Shown: positions 28,512-39,057 of the stretch, in pieces
Position numbering within the stretch: position 1 is the first letter of the stretch
How the letters are laid out: every line of letters begins with the position of its first letter
DNA from: Bacteroidia bacterium
GTDB taxonomy: Bacteria > Bacteroidota > Bacteroidia > UKL13-3
DNA: 64,000 nucleotides
Direction: 5' to 3'
Assembly (NCBI GenBank): GCA_014376805.1
Contig: JACMQU010000178.1
Coordinates: forward strand, 69,181-133,180
The notes under the pieces: model-generated
The model's input: the letters and a program-made list of their open reading frames with translations, nothing else
Told to the model about the DNA's origin: nothing
Databases searched by the model: none
Made by a program: the position numbers and the translations under genes

Positions 28512-30139
28512 TAAACCTGTTAAAACGTTTTGATATTTTTTTTGTGGTTCTATGGGGAACACTCTTGTTTATTCCCTTTTTAGGAGTCGTTCATTTATTT
28601 GATTGGGACGAAATCAATTTTGCTGAATCAGCCCGTGAAATGATTGTTACGGGTAATTATCAAAAGGTTCAGATTAATTATCAGCCCTTCATGGAGAAAC
28701 CGCCGTTGTTTTTCTGGATACAGGTTTTAAGTATGAAGGTTTTTGGAGTTGGTGAATTTGCTGCACGGTTCCCTAATGCTATTATTGGCATTATAACATT
28801 GGTGTTTATTTTTACAATTGGTAAGAAATTGTATGGCCGGCAATTGGCATTTCTATGGGTCTTATTTATTACCGGCTCATTTACGCCTCATTTATATTTT
28901 AAAAGTGGTATTATAGATCCATTGTATAACCTGTTCATTTTTGCTGCAGTTTATATGCTATATTTATATTCCTTATCAAAGCAAACCATACAGGCAGTTT
29001 GGTTGGGATTGTTTACAGGACTGGCTATTATTACAAAAGGTCCGGTAGCAGTTTTGGTTGTAATGTTATGTTTTATCACGCTATGGGCTTTAAAAAAGTT
29101 TAACCGGTTTTTTAGTTATAAGGATATTTTTATAACAGCTTTGGTTGCCTTTCTGGTAAGTGCTGTATGGTTTGGATTTGAAACAATGGAAAGAGGTACG
29201 GTATTTCTTTCTGAGTTTTTAAAATACCAGCTCGACTTATTTTTAAATCCTGTGGCAGGGCATGGACAACCTTTTTGGTATCATCCACTGGTATTGTTAG
29301 TAGGTTGTTTTCCTGCGTCTGTAATTGCCTTGAAATTTATTTTTAAAACCCATGAAACGGCAAACAAAGAGCAAACAGATTTTTTTCGCATCATGCAAAT
29401 TATGTTTTGGGCAGTGCTCATTCTGTTTAGTATAGTTGAAACCAAAATTGTTCATTACAGTTCTTTATGTTATCTGCCTTTAACTTTTATGGCCGCCATG
29501 TTCATTCACCAAAGGTTTGAAGCAGGAGTTAAGTTTAGCAATTTTCAAACAGCACTACTCTTGTTTACCGGAATATTCATATCTTTTATATTTATCGCCT
29601 TGCCTTTAACAGATTATTTAAAACCTTATTTTATACCGTATATTAAAGATGATTTTGCTGTTGCTGCCCTAATGGAATCCGGCAACTGGAATGGGTATGA
29701 ATGGATACCCGGAGTATTATTATTTATTACCGTTATAATAACCAGCTTATTCATATTTAAAAATAAAGTTAAGGAAGGGATATTTATTTTGCTGGTTTTT
29801 ATTTCTTTATTTATACCGCTGGTTTTAAAAATGATTGTACCCAAAATTGAATCCTATAGCCAGGGTGTGGCTATTAGTTTTTTTGAAAGTAAACAGCAAA
29901 CCGATTGTTATATAGAAACTCTTGGTTATAAAAGCTATGCTCAGTACTTTTATGCAAGAACTTTGCCAGCTGTAAATACTAAAGCTTACCAAATTAACTG
30001 GTTGTTAACAGACAGCATTGATAAGGATGCATATTTTGTATTGCATGTGAATAATATTAAAGATCACATCAACTCATCAATGATTGAAATTGGAAGAAAA
30101 GGCGGTTTTGTGTTTTATAAAAGAAAGGCGCTTAGATAA
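28508..30139 (+). CDS. ArnT/PMT-like polyprenyl-phosphate-sugar dependent glycosyltransferase (GT39/GT83 family)
   Basis: 543 aa polytopic membrane protein. N-terminal DE motif region (FDWDEINFAESAREM) and a periplasmic loop with PPLFFW typical of ArnT/PMT enzymes. Overlaps the PAP2 gene by 4 nt. Confidence 0.7.
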   Translation: MINLLKRFDIFFVVLWGTLLFIPFLGVVHLFDWDEINFAESAREMIVTGNYQKVQINYQPFMEKPPLFFWIQVLSMKVFGVGEFAARFPNAIIGIITLVFIFTIGKKLYGRQLAFLWVLFITGSFTPHLYFKSGIIDPLYNLFIFAAVYMLYLYSLSKQTIQAVWLGLFTGLAIITKGPVAVLVVMLCFITLWALKKFNRFFSYKDIFITALVAFLVSAVWFGFETMERGTVFLSEFLKYQLDLFLNPVAGHGQPFWYHPLVLLVGCFPASVIALKFIFKTHETANKEQTDFFRIMQIMFWAVLILFSIVETKIVHYSSLCYLPLTFMAAMFIHQRFEAGVKFSNFQTALLLFTGIFISFIFIALPLTDYLKPYFIPYIKDDFAVAALMESGNWNGYEWIPGVLLFITVIITSLFIFKNKVKEGIFILLVFISLFIPLVLKMIVPKIESYSQGVAISFFESKQQTDCYIETLGYKSYAQYFYARTLPAVNTKAYQINWLLTDSIDKDAYFVLHVNNIKDHINSSMIEIGRKGGFVFYKRKALR

Positions 30140-30144
30140 TCCTT

Positions 30145-32421
30145 TTAAAACGTATAATTAACGCCTATAGTGGGCATAATTGGTAACTGGTTTATGCGTT
30201 TGTAATTTAATCTGTCAAAATAAAATATGTTTTCACGGTTATATACATTGGTAGCAGAGGCTGTAATAGTTAAGACCTGGTGTTCTCTTACGAAAAACTT
30301 TTTTGAAACTGAAACATCCATGCGGTGAAAATAGGGTAGTCTTCCCGTATTAATAGAACTGTTATAACTAATACCTAAGTTACCGTTCTGGTTATTTACA
30401 TTACCCGAAACTCCCTGTAAATTGAGTAGTTCATAAAATCCCTGTGTTTGTGTAAAAGGAAATCCTGAACCATAATTCCAGCGTGAATTGAAACTCCAGC
30501 TTTTCTTATGCCCATATTGATAAGTAAAAACTAGGTTAATATTATGCCTTCGGTCAAAATGAGGAACATAGTTCTGCAGACCGTCATTTCTTGTTACGAA
30601 TGTTAAGGAATATACTGCCCATATGTATACACTTTTTCTTTCAAATTTAAGACGGGCATCACCTCCATAAGCTTTACCTGTCTCTTTTATAATATCACCT
30701 TTTAAATGGTAATCCACATTATTGTGTGCTTCATCATCGTCATAAATTTTATTACGGTTAATATTGGTAATCTGGCTAAAGTTTTTTAGAAAACCTTCAA
30801 AATTAAGCTCAATATATTTACCCAGGTCTACTTCCAAACCACCAACATAATGTTCAGCCGTTTGCCTTTGAATATCACTGTTTACTTTATCGGGACTTGA
30901 AAGAAAGCCATAAAATAAATTTACAACATCCTGGTCACTTACTGCACTCATTAAATTCTGAGAATACTTACCAGCAGCTAATTTAAGTCTTATTGTACTA
31001 GAGGCATTGTATTTCATTCCAAACCTGGGTTCAAAACTGCCTTCGGTAAGAGATGAGTAATAGATTACTCTTAAGCCAGGCTCAAACACAAAGCGCCTGA
31101 ATACTTTTTTATATTTAACAAAGCCATGCACTTCAGTGGTATAATCGCTTTGCTCAAGATGCCGGCCTGCAGGGTTTACGTAATTAAAGTTAGTAGAAAA
31201 ACCAACTGCATCAAATCCATACCGGATGTCATCTTTATTACCAATAAAATTACTGAAATTTAAGGATGCATTAAAACTATTGATGCTGCTTTCCCGGGGT
31301 AAATTGTCTGATTCAACCTGCTTCATCAGGTATTTTGAGTATCCTAAATTTGCATTGATAACTGTTGAGCCATCAGGAATTAATAATAAGTTGCCTCCAA
31401 ATCCGTTAGAGGTCCAATTATATTTTGTTGACGCAAAATTAGCCTGGTCATCAAAGTTAAAACCAAACAGGTTAACTCTACTTCCATTAGGAGATATGGT
31501 ACTGAATTTTGCATACAGGTCATTAAAAGAATAGGGTAGTCCGTTCACGGCATCAGCATAATTATAAAGTACTTTACTGGTTTTATCCAGGTAAGAAGTT
31601 TTGTAAGAAAAGATATAAGATGAGCTACCGCCCCCTTCTGTAAATTTGCTGATAGGACCTTCCAGTAAAATTTTTGCAGTAATAGGGTTAACAGATACTT
31701 TACCAGCGAATCTTGTTTTGTTACCTTCACGTGTATTTACATCAATTATGCCGCTTATTCTGCCTCCATATTGTGCATTGAACCCACCAGCGCTAACATC
31801 TGCATTTTTTATAATATCTGCATCAAATACCGAAAATAAACCGATGCTGTGAAATGGATTATAAATGATCATACCATCCATGGTAACTTTATTCATTACC
31901 GGAGGCCCGCCTCTTACATAAAGCTGGCCACCCTGATCTCCGCTGAAATTAACCCCAGGGAGAACTTGCAGGTACTGAACAAGATCTGGTTCGCCACCAA
32001 AAGTTGGAAGTTGCTTTAATTCTTTTTGTGTTATAACATTGGTAGAGACATTTACATTCTCTTTTGTCTTTTGCTTATCCCCCCGGATTTCTACTTCATT
32101 CAATTCAAATTTTCTGGGTTTTAAATAAAGGTTCTGTGTGGTAATTCTTCCTGCTGTTAAAATTACTGTAGCTTGCGAAGTATCATACCCAAGGCTCCAG
32201 CACAACAACGTATAAGTACCGGGTTTTATTTTCGACATATCAAAAAAACCATTAATGTCGGTTGCTTTGCCAATGATAAGCTCTTTGATAACAACATTTG
32301 TAAAGATAATAGGTTCCCCATTTTCTTTGTCATATACAAACCCCCGCACAGATGCCTGTTGAGCCATAGAGGTTAACGAAAGTAGTAATACGGATATTAG
32401 GGTTATGTATATTTTTTTCAT
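30145..32421 (-). CDS. TonB-dependent receptor with N-terminal carboxypeptidase-regulatory-like domain
   Basis: 758 aa. Signal peptide, CarbopepD_reg-like N-terminus, plug region (DLVQYLQVLPGVNF), 22-strand-like barrel, C-terminal VNYTF. Confidence 0.85.
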   Translation of the reverse strand: MKKIYITLISVLLLSLTSMAQQASVRGFVYDKENGEPIIFTNVVIKELIIGKATDINGFFDMSKIKPGTYTLLCWSLGYDTSQATVILTAGRITTQNLYLKPRKFELNEVEIRGDKQKTKENVNVSTNVITQKELKQLPTFGGEPDLVQYLQVLPGVNFSGDQGGQLYVRGGPPVMNKVTMDGMIIYNPFHSIGLFSVFDADIIKNADVSAGGFNAQYGGRISGIIDVNTREGNKTRFAGKVSVNPITAKILLEGPISKFTEGGGSSSYIFSYKTSYLDKTSKVLYNYADAVNGLPYSFNDLYAKFSTISPNGSRVNLFGFNFDDQANFASTKYNWTSNGFGGNLLLIPDGSTVINANLGYSKYLMKQVESDNLPRESSINSFNASLNFSNFIGNKDDIRYGFDAVGFSTNFNYVNPAGRHLEQSDYTTEVHGFVKYKKVFRRFVFEPGLRVIYYSSLTEGSFEPRFGMKYNASSTIRLKLAAGKYSQNLMSAVSDQDVVNLFYGFLSSPDKVNSDIQRQTAEHYVGGLEVDLGKYIELNFEGFLKNFSQITNINRNKIYDDDEAHNNVDYHLKGDIIKETGKAYGGDARLKFERKSVYIWAVYSLTFVTRNDGLQNYVPHFDRRHNINLVFTYQYGHKKSWSFNSRWNYGSGFPFTQTQGFYELLNLQGVSGNVNNQNGNLGISYNSSINTGRLPYFHRMDVSVSKKFFVREHQVLTITASATNVYNRENIFYFDRLNYKRINQLPIMPTIGVNYTF

Positions 32422-32569
32422 AAATTATAGCGGCACGAATATAGGAGAAGTGTAAAGAATATGAACAAAAGTTGCATCATGCAGGCATATTTTTTCAAAT
32501 ATTACCTGCAAATACATAAATTGCGAACTTTCATTTAAAGAATTTTACGCACGAAAGACAACAACAGAT

Positions 32570-35047
32570 ATGATTAAAAAAAAACACGCTTCTTCTTTTA
32601 AGTGGTTTTTCATATTTCTTACCGGCCTTTTTTTACTCACTCAAAATGCCACGCATGCACAGGTTAATATTCAGAGTAATAAAGATCTTTCAAATATAAG
32701 AGTTGAAGAGCTAAGCGATGAGCAGGTAACAAACTTCTGGAATCAATTTCAAAGCAAGGGATATACTTTAAATGATCTGGAAAGAGAACTTAGAAAACGC
32801 AAAATGCCGTTTGCTGAATTTGAAAAATTAAAACAAAGAATTGTAAAACTTACTTCTGAGAAAACCAGTAATTCAAATGCTGATAATATCCAGTCTTCAC
32901 GCTCAACAGCAGATGGGAGTGAGACAGAACAAAAATCTGCAGGGGATGAATTTGAAAGCCTGCTCCCAAAAATTTTTGGCAGTGAATTGTTTAATAATAA
33001 AAAGTTAAGTTTTGAACCTGATCTGAAAATGGCTACTCCGCTAAATTATCAACTTGGCCCGGGTGATGAACTTATCATTGACATTTTTGGATATTCTGAA
33101 GAATCTTTTAACCTTAAAGTTAGTCATGAGGGTACTATAAAAATTCCGAATGTTGGTGTAATTAATGTAAATGGAATTACAATTGAACAGGCATCAACCC
33201 GGATTAAACAAAACCTGGTAAAAGTTTATGACAGAATTAATAGTGGTCAAACACAAGTTAGCATTACTTTAGGAAATATAAGAAGTATAAAAGTTATTTT
33301 AATTGGTGAAGTAGTTTTACCCGGAACTTATACATTGCCCTCACTTGCCACAGTATTTAACGCTCTTTATGTGTCTGGAGGTCCAGATATGAACGGTTCT
33401 TTCCGCAATATAAAAATCATTAGAAACAATAATATTGTGGGCAATCTTGATGTATATGAATTTATAAAGAATGGTTCTGCAAAAGGCAATATTCGTTTAC
33501 AGGATCAGGATATCATAAAAGTATATCCCTATCAAAAAAGAGTTGAATTGAAAGGGCAGATAAAAAGAGAAGGTTTATATGAAGTTTCCAAATCAGAGAG
33601 TTTAAAACAGGTGATTGATTTTGCCGGTGGGTTTACGGATTATGCTTACCAGGATAGAATTAAAGTAATCCGCAATAATGCTAAACAAAAGAGTGTAGCA
33701 GATGTGCCTTTTAATCAGTTAGATAAGTTTGAACCTAAAACAGGGGATATTTACCAAATAGACAGGATCCTGAATCGCTTTGAAAACAGGGTTGTTATTG
33801 AAGGTGCTATTTTTAGACCGGGAAACTATGCCATTGAACCTGGTTTAACCGTTAAAAAACTTATTGAAAATGCGGAAGGGGTAACTGAAGATGCTTTTAT
33901 GACAAGGGCCATTATCTATCGTTTAAAAGAGGATAATTCTCTTGAAATGATATCCTTCAGCATTGATGAAATTCTCAATGGGAAGAGCGCTGATATTATC
34001 TTGAAAAGGGAAGATAAAATTCAGATAGCTTCTAAAAAAGAGGTTCAGAGTAGTCATGTACTAATTATAAATGGAGAAGTACTAAAGCCTGGAAATTACA
34101 AATATGCGGAGAAAATGAAAATTGAAGACCTGATTATTGCCGCAGGTGGGTTCAAAGAATCTGCGTCAAATAAAAGAATTGAAGTTTCACGTAGAAAAGA
34201 AAATGCCGATAGAACGATATCAAACAGTGAAATAGCGGTAGTGGGTATTTATGATGTGGAAAAGGATTTAAGTGTGAATAAAAGCGTAACTTCTTTTGAA
34301 CTCAAACCGTTTGATATCATTACCGTATTTGCTTTACCGGGTTATGTTCAGCAAAAAACCGTAAAAATTGAGGGAGAGGTGCTTTTTCCGGGCAGTTATT
34401 CCATTATGCGCAATAATGAGCGTATTTCAGATGTTATATTCAGATCGGGCGGACTTACCGCCAATGGGTTTGCAGAAGGTGCTATATTGGTTAGGCTAAA
34501 ATCAAATTCAGCATCACAGGATGTTATTAAAGACAATAAGTTACGTGCATTGAAGAAACAAAGTAAGGATTCTTCTGAGGCAAATGAAGCAATTAGTCTG
34601 GAAACAAAACGACTGAATGATATTGTTGGAATTGACTTGAAATCTATACTTAAAAATCCGGGTTCAAAAGGTGATCTTTTTATAAGGGATAATGATATTA
34701 TAAGGATACCCGAACTATCGCAGACAGTGCTTGTTACAGGTGAAGTATTATATCCTGTTAAAATACGATTTAATAAATCAGACCGTTTTAAAAAATACGT
34801 ATATGGTGCAGGTGGGTTCAGCGCAAAAGCATTAAAAAAACATTCTTATATTGTATATGCTAATGGTACTGCAAGAGCCACCAAACATTTTCTTTTTATG
34901 AACATTTACCCTAAAGTGAAGCCGGGAGCTGAAATTGTAATCCCAGTTAAAGAAGAAAGAAAAGCAATTAGTACCATTGAAGTTGTTACTATTGCCACTA
35001 GTTTAACAAGTATGTTGGTATTGGTTGTAACATTGCTTAAACGATAA
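32570..35047 (+). CDS. polysaccharide export outer-membrane protein (Wza-like, multiple SLBB domains)
   Basis: 825 aa with signal peptide. Poly_export-like N-terminal region (GPGDELIIDIFG) followed by repeated SLBB-like modules (NGEVLKPGNY, GEVLFPGSY, GEVLYPV). Confidence 0.8.
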   Translation: MIKKKHASSFKWFFIFLTGLFLLTQNATHAQVNIQSNKDLSNIRVEELSDEQVTNFWNQFQSKGYTLNDLERELRKRKMPFAEFEKLKQRIVKLTSEKTSNSNADNIQSSRSTADGSETEQKSAGDEFESLLPKIFGSELFNNKKLSFEPDLKMATPLNYQLGPGDELIIDIFGYSEESFNLKVSHEGTIKIPNVGVINVNGITIEQASTRIKQNLVKVYDRINSGQTQVSITLGNIRSIKVILIGEVVLPGTYTLPSLATVFNALYVSGGPDMNGSFRNIKIIRNNNIVGNLDVYEFIKNGSAKGNIRLQDQDIIKVYPYQKRVELKGQIKREGLYEVSKSESLKQVIDFAGGFTDYAYQDRIKVIRNNAKQKSVADVPFNQLDKFEPKTGDIYQIDRILNRFENRVVIEGAIFRPGNYAIEPGLTVKKLIENAEGVTEDAFMTRAIIYRLKEDNSLEMISFSIDEILNGKSADIILKREDKIQIASKKEVQSSHVLIINGEVLKPGNYKYAEKMKIEDLIIAAGGFKESASNKRIEVSRRKENADRTISNSEIAVVGIYDVEKDLSVNKSVTSFELKPFDIITVFALPGYVQQKTVKIEGEVLFPGSYSIMRNNERISDVIFRSGGLTANGFAEGAILVRLKSNSASQDVIKDNKLRALKKQSKDSSEANEAISLETKRLNDIVGIDLKSILKNPGSKGDLFIRDNDIIRIPELSQTVLVTGEVLYPVKIRFNKSDRFKKYVYGAGGFSAKALKKHSYIVYANGTARATKHFLFMNIYPKVKPGAEIVIPVKEERKAISTIEVVTIATSLTSMLVLVVTLLKR

Positions 35048-35061
35048 TCAGTATAGGTGTT

Positions 35062-36144
35062 ATGAAGGATAGTGAATATATAAGTTTGAAAGATATACTT
35101 TTCTTTATAAAGCGGGTTTTTGGTTATGCTTTACAAAGATGGAAATTATTTTTTGTGATTGGATTTTCAGGTGGTGTGGTGGGTTTTATTTATGCCTCTT
35201 TTCAGGATCCGATATATGAAGCCAGGCTAACTTTTATTTTAAATGAAAATGAGCCCACCTCTTCTTTTAGTTTGTCATCTCTCGCAGGTCTTGCAGGTTT
35301 AGGAGGCGGTAGTGCCGGAAATGTTAGTGAAGATAAATTAATTTTTATAGCAAACTCGCGCAATCTTATTGGTAGTACTTTGTTAAATGAAACACTAATC
35401 GGTGGTCAGAAAAAATTGCTGGCAAATTTTTATTTGGAATATTATAATCTTATTCCGGGTTTTAAATCTGATACAACACTTATTAATTTTACCGGCTTTA
35501 CACATCTAACCCTGGAGCAGTTAAATTACCAGGAAAATAAAGTAATGGATAAAATAGTAAAGACACTTTTTGATGGTAAGAGTTTTACAATTGATGCAAA
35601 AAAGAAATCGGGCATTGTAGCGCAAGGAGCCGGAATTATTGAATTAAAATTTAAATCAGTAAGCGAGGAATTTTCACTCCTTTTTATAGAAAGATTATAT
35701 GATAATTTAAGTAAATACTATATTAATAAAGCAGTACAAAGGCAGTTAAGAAACTATAACCTGATAAAAGCCAGAACAGATTCAATAAAGGAAGTATTGT
35801 TTAATAAGGAAGATTATGGTGCTGAAATGTTGGATAAAAATGTAAGGGTGATAAGGATGAAAGGCAGGGTAGATATGGAGAGAACCAGAAGAGACGTGGA
35901 ATTGCTTAGTTTAATGTATGGCGAAGTGATGAAGAATCAGGAAATAGCAAAGTTTGCCCTCGATAACCAAACGCCCTATTTTCAAACAATAGATAAACCC
36001 ACTTATCCATTATTTATAAAGAAAATGTCGAGAATGTTAGCAGCTATATTAGGTGCAGTCTTACTTTCTTTTGTTGTTTTTATTTGGCTTATCGCAAAAG
36101 ATTATCGCCTGATTTTTTCACCTGCGATGAAAATTAATGGATGA
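35062..36144 (+). CDS. Wzz-like polysaccharide chain-length determinant protein (no kinase domain)
   Basis: 360 aa. N-terminal TM followed by a Wzz-type motif (ASFQDPIYEARLTFIL), large periplasmic region, C-terminal TM. Confidence 0.7.
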   Translation: MKDSEYISLKDILFFIKRVFGYALQRWKLFFVIGFSGGVVGFIYASFQDPIYEARLTFILNENEPTSSFSLSSLAGLAGLGGGSAGNVSEDKLIFIANSRNLIGSTLLNETLIGGQKKLLANFYLEYYNLIPGFKSDTTLINFTGFTHLTLEQLNYQENKVMDKIVKTLFDGKSFTIDAKKKSGIVAQGAGIIELKFKSVSEEFSLLFIERLYDNLSKYYINKAVQRQLRNYNLIKARTDSIKEVLFNKEDYGAEMLDKNVRVIRMKGRVDMERTRRDVELLSLMYGEVMKNQEIAKFALDNQTPYFQTIDKPTYPLFIKKMSRMLAAILGAVLLSFVVFIWLIAKDYRLIFSPAMKING

Positions 36145-36554
36145 GAATAAATGATGCACATATTATCAATTTGCCAAAAATACTTGATAACAGGGGTAAT
36201 TTATCCTATTTTGAAAGTGAGAAGGATATACCTTTTGAAATAAAAAGAGTGTATTGGATTTATGATGTGCCCGGAGGTGAGCAAAGGGGTGGCCACAGTT
36301 ATAAAAAAAACAAAGAAATGATTATTGCCCTTTCAGGTAGTTTTGATGTGGTGATAAACGATGGATTTGAAGAAAAAAAAATTACCCTTAACCGTTCTTA
36401 TTCCGGGTTGTATGTTCCAAATGGTATTTGGCGTCACATGGAAAATTTCTCTACCAATTCTCTCGCCTTAATAGTTGCTTCAGAAAATTATGAAGCTGCA
36501 GATTATGAAAGAGATTCTGCTCATTTTGTCTTATCGAAAGGAGGACGCAAGTGA
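36141..36554 (+). CDS. WxcM/FdtA-like dTDP-4-keto-6-deoxyhexose 3,4-ketoisomerase (cupin), copy 1
   Basis: 137 aa cupin. Motifs LPKILDNRGNLSYFE and YWIYDVPGGEQRGGHSYKK match the FdtA/QdtA family. Confidence 0.75.
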   Translation: MRINDAHIINLPKILDNRGNLSYFESEKDIPFEIKRVYWIYDVPGGEQRGGHSYKKNKEMIIALSGSFDVVINDGFEEKKITLNRSYSGLYVPNGIWRHMENFSTNSLALIVASENYEAADYERDSAHFVLSKGGRK

Positions 36555-36970
36555 GTAGAAGTGTATATGATTGCTCCCTTATAAAGTTGCCGCAAATTGA
36601 ATTCAGGGCCGGTAATATTACTCCTGTTCATAATAGTGTAGGAATACCTTTTGATATTAAACGGATCTTTTACTTATATGATATTCCGGGTGGAGAATCA
36701 AGAGGAGGTCATGCACATAGATTATGCCACCAGGTATTAATTGCAGCAAGCGGAAGTTTTGAAGTATTATTGAATGATGGCAAAACACAAAGGCAGGTTA
36801 TGTTAAACAGGCCTTATTATGGTTTGCATATTCCGCCAATGATATGGGCCTCAGAAGTTAATTTCTCTTCTGGCTCTATTTGCCTTGTTTTAGCATCACA
36901 TTTTTATGATGAACTTGATTATATACGAGATTATAAATTATTTATTGAGAACTCAGGAGATCATAAATGA
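36551..36970 (+). CDS. WxcM/FdtA-like 3,4-ketoisomerase (cupin), copy 2
   Basis: 139 aa paralog of the preceding gene (FYLYDIPGGESRGGHAHRL). Overlaps it by 4 nt. Confidence 0.75.
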   Translation: MSRSVYDCSLIKLPQIEFRAGNITPVHNSVGIPFDIKRIFYLYDIPGGESRGGHAHRLCHQVLIAASGSFEVLLNDGKTQRQVMLNRPYYGLHIPPMIWASEVNFSSGSICLVLASHFYDELDYIRDYKLFIENSGDHK

Positions 36971-37941
36971 CAGGCGTTTCTATGATAACAACAGAATTAA
37001 TTGAATATAAAAGCAGGAGTGAGGAGCTTTTTTTTTATTCACCTTATAACTTTATTAGAACTATATCACCCGCTAAAATTGCCTCGCATCTTTTTAGTAC
37101 CGTTATATCAAAGTTTGGAAAAACTGAAAAGGATATTATAATTGAAATTCTAACGGCCGGTGAAAGACATTTTTTTCTTGTATCATTTTTAGAATGGGAT
37201 ACAAATTACTTTAATAAAAACACCTATAAACTTTTCACGGTTTTATATTCACATCAAAATCTAACTACATTAGCTTCTGCTGTAAAACAATTTAAACATG
37301 TTTTTTTTAATACCGATAGAAAATACCTGTTTATAGAAATTCCTTCAGAGGATGTATTGTTGCAGCAAGCCCTAACTGATAATAGGTTCAAACTATTAGA
37401 AACAAGACTCACCTATTTTAATGATATGCTCGGCAATTTTAAAAATGAACGGTTTTGTGTTCGTAAGGCCGGTGAAGCGGATGTTTTGCAGTTAAAACAA
37501 ACTGCAAAAGTGATGCGGAATAAATACGACCGGTTTCATGCTGATAAAGTTTTTGACAATGAAACCGCAGATAACTTTTTGAGCACTTATATTGAGAATT
37601 CGGTAAATGGATTTGCAGATTTAATATTAGTTCCTGCCGAAAATGGAATACCTTCTGATTCTTTTTTAACAGCCAACTATTTAAAACAAGATTGGGAAGA
37701 ACTTGGTGTTAAAGTATCAAAAATGGTGTTATCTTCCGTTTCCTCTGCTACTAATAGAGGATGGTATATAAAGTTAATTACAGAAATGACATATTATCTT
37801 CGGGATGAAATTGGAAGCGAATGTATTTTTATGAATACACAATCTACAAATCGGGCTGTTTATAAAACTTGGGAAAAATCCGGTTACAGGCTGGGAGCAG
37901 TTGCACATGTTTTGGCATTTACAGATTATCCTGTTAATTAA
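36967..37941 (+). CDS. WecD-like dTDP-amino-sugar N-acetyltransferase (GNAT fold), hypothesis
   Basis: The C-terminal half resembles E. coli WecD blocks: FLSTYIENSVNGFAD versus YAQWIENAVRGTFDH, and FMNTQSTNRAVYKTWEKSGYRLG versus [21 protein letters not shown]. The N-terminal half was not recognised. Confidence 0.45.
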   Translation: MTGVSMITTELIEYKSRSEELFFYSPYNFIRTISPAKIASHLFSTVISKFGKTEKDIIIEILTAGERHFFLVSFLEWDTNYFNKNTYKLFTVLYSHQNLTTLASAVKQFKHVFFNTDRKYLFIEIPSEDVLLQQALTDNRFKLLETRLTYFNDMLGNFKNERFCVRKAGEADVLQLKQTAKVMRNKYDRFHADKVFDNETADNFLSTYIENSVNGFADLILVPAENGIPSDSFLTANYLKQDWEELGVKVSKMVLSSVSSATNRGWYIKLITEMTYYLRDEIGSECIFMNTQSTNRAVYKTWEKSGYRLGAVAHVLAFTDYPVN

Positions 37942-37947
37942 TAAAAA

Positions 37948-39051
37948 ATGATAAAGTTTTTAGATCTTCAAAAGATCAATGAAGTTTATAAAAGCGATTT
38001 TGAAAATGCGCTCAAATCAGTACTCGAATCAGGTTGGTTCATCATGGGTAAGGAAGTGTTACAATTTGAAAATGATTATGCGCAGTATTGCGGAACTAAA
38101 CATTGCATTGGAGTAGCAAATGGTCTTGATGCACTTACGTTAATTATAAGGGCTTATAAAGAGATGGGGATTTTTGCAGACGGGGATGAAGTAATTGTTC
38201 CTGCAAATACATACATAGCCAGTATATTATCGGTATCAGCTAATAACCTTGTTCCGGTTTTGGTTGAACCCGAAGAAGACTCTTATAACATTGATCCAAC
38301 ACAGATAGAAAAGATAATTACAACAAAGACCAAAGCTATTCTGGCTGTAAATTTATATGGACAAGCAGCCAATATGGAGCAACTCCGAAAGATTGCCTTT
38401 AAAAATAATTTAAAACTTATAGAAGATGCAGCGCAATCTCATGGAGCATTGCATCATGGCCAACGTTCAGGTTCATTAGGTGATGCCGCCGGACATAGTT
38501 TTTATCCGGGCAAAAATTTAGGTGCATTAGGAGATGGAGGTGCCATTACTACTAATGATAATGAGCTAGCAATGATGTTAAGGGCGATTCATAATTATGG
38601 TTCCTTTAAAAAATATGAAAATATTTACAAAGGAATGAATAGCAGGTTAGATGAACTACAGGCGGCATTTCTGATAATTAAACTCAGAAATCTGGACAAT
38701 GACAATTTGAAAAGAAGTAAAATCGCTGAACAATACCTGGCAAAAATTACCAACCCGCTTTTGTTATTACCAGTAGTAAAAAGTTATGACCAACATGTAT
38801 GGCATTTGTTCGTTGTTAGGGTTGCAGACAGGGAAAATTTTCAACTGCATTTAAATAATAACGGTGTACAAACCCTTATTCATTATCCAATTGCTCCCCA
38901 CCATCAATTAGCATACAAAGAGTTTGCACATCTGTCTTTTCCTATTACTGAAAAAATTCATCGGGAGGTTTTAAGTTTGCCAATAAGCCCTGTTTTAACT
39001 GAAACAGAAGTAGCCGAAATAATACGTGTTGTTAACCAGTATAGACCTTAG
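37948..39051 (+). CDS. DegT/DnrJ/EryC1/StrS family PLP-dependent sugar aminotransferase (WecE/FdtB-like)
   Basis: 367 aa. Motif [22 protein letters not shown], which contains the PLP-lysine region. Confidence 0.85.
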   Translation: MIKFLDLQKINEVYKSDFENALKSVLESGWFIMGKEVLQFENDYAQYCGTKHCIGVANGLDALTLIIRAYKEMGIFADGDEVIVPANTYIASILSVSANNLVPVLVEPEEDSYNIDPTQIEKIITTKTKAILAVNLYGQAANMEQLRKIAFKNNLKLIEDAAQSHGALHHGQRSGSLGDAAGHSFYPGKNLGALGDGGAITTNDNELAMMLRAIHNYGSFKKYENIYKGMNSRLDELQAAFLIIKLRNLDNDNLKRSKIAEQYLAKITNPLLLLPVVKSYDQHVWHLFVVRVADRENFQLHLNNNGVQTLIHYPIAPHHQLAYKEFAHLSFPITEKIHREVLSLPISPVLTETEVAEIIRVVNQYRP

Positions 39052-39057
39052 ATATTA

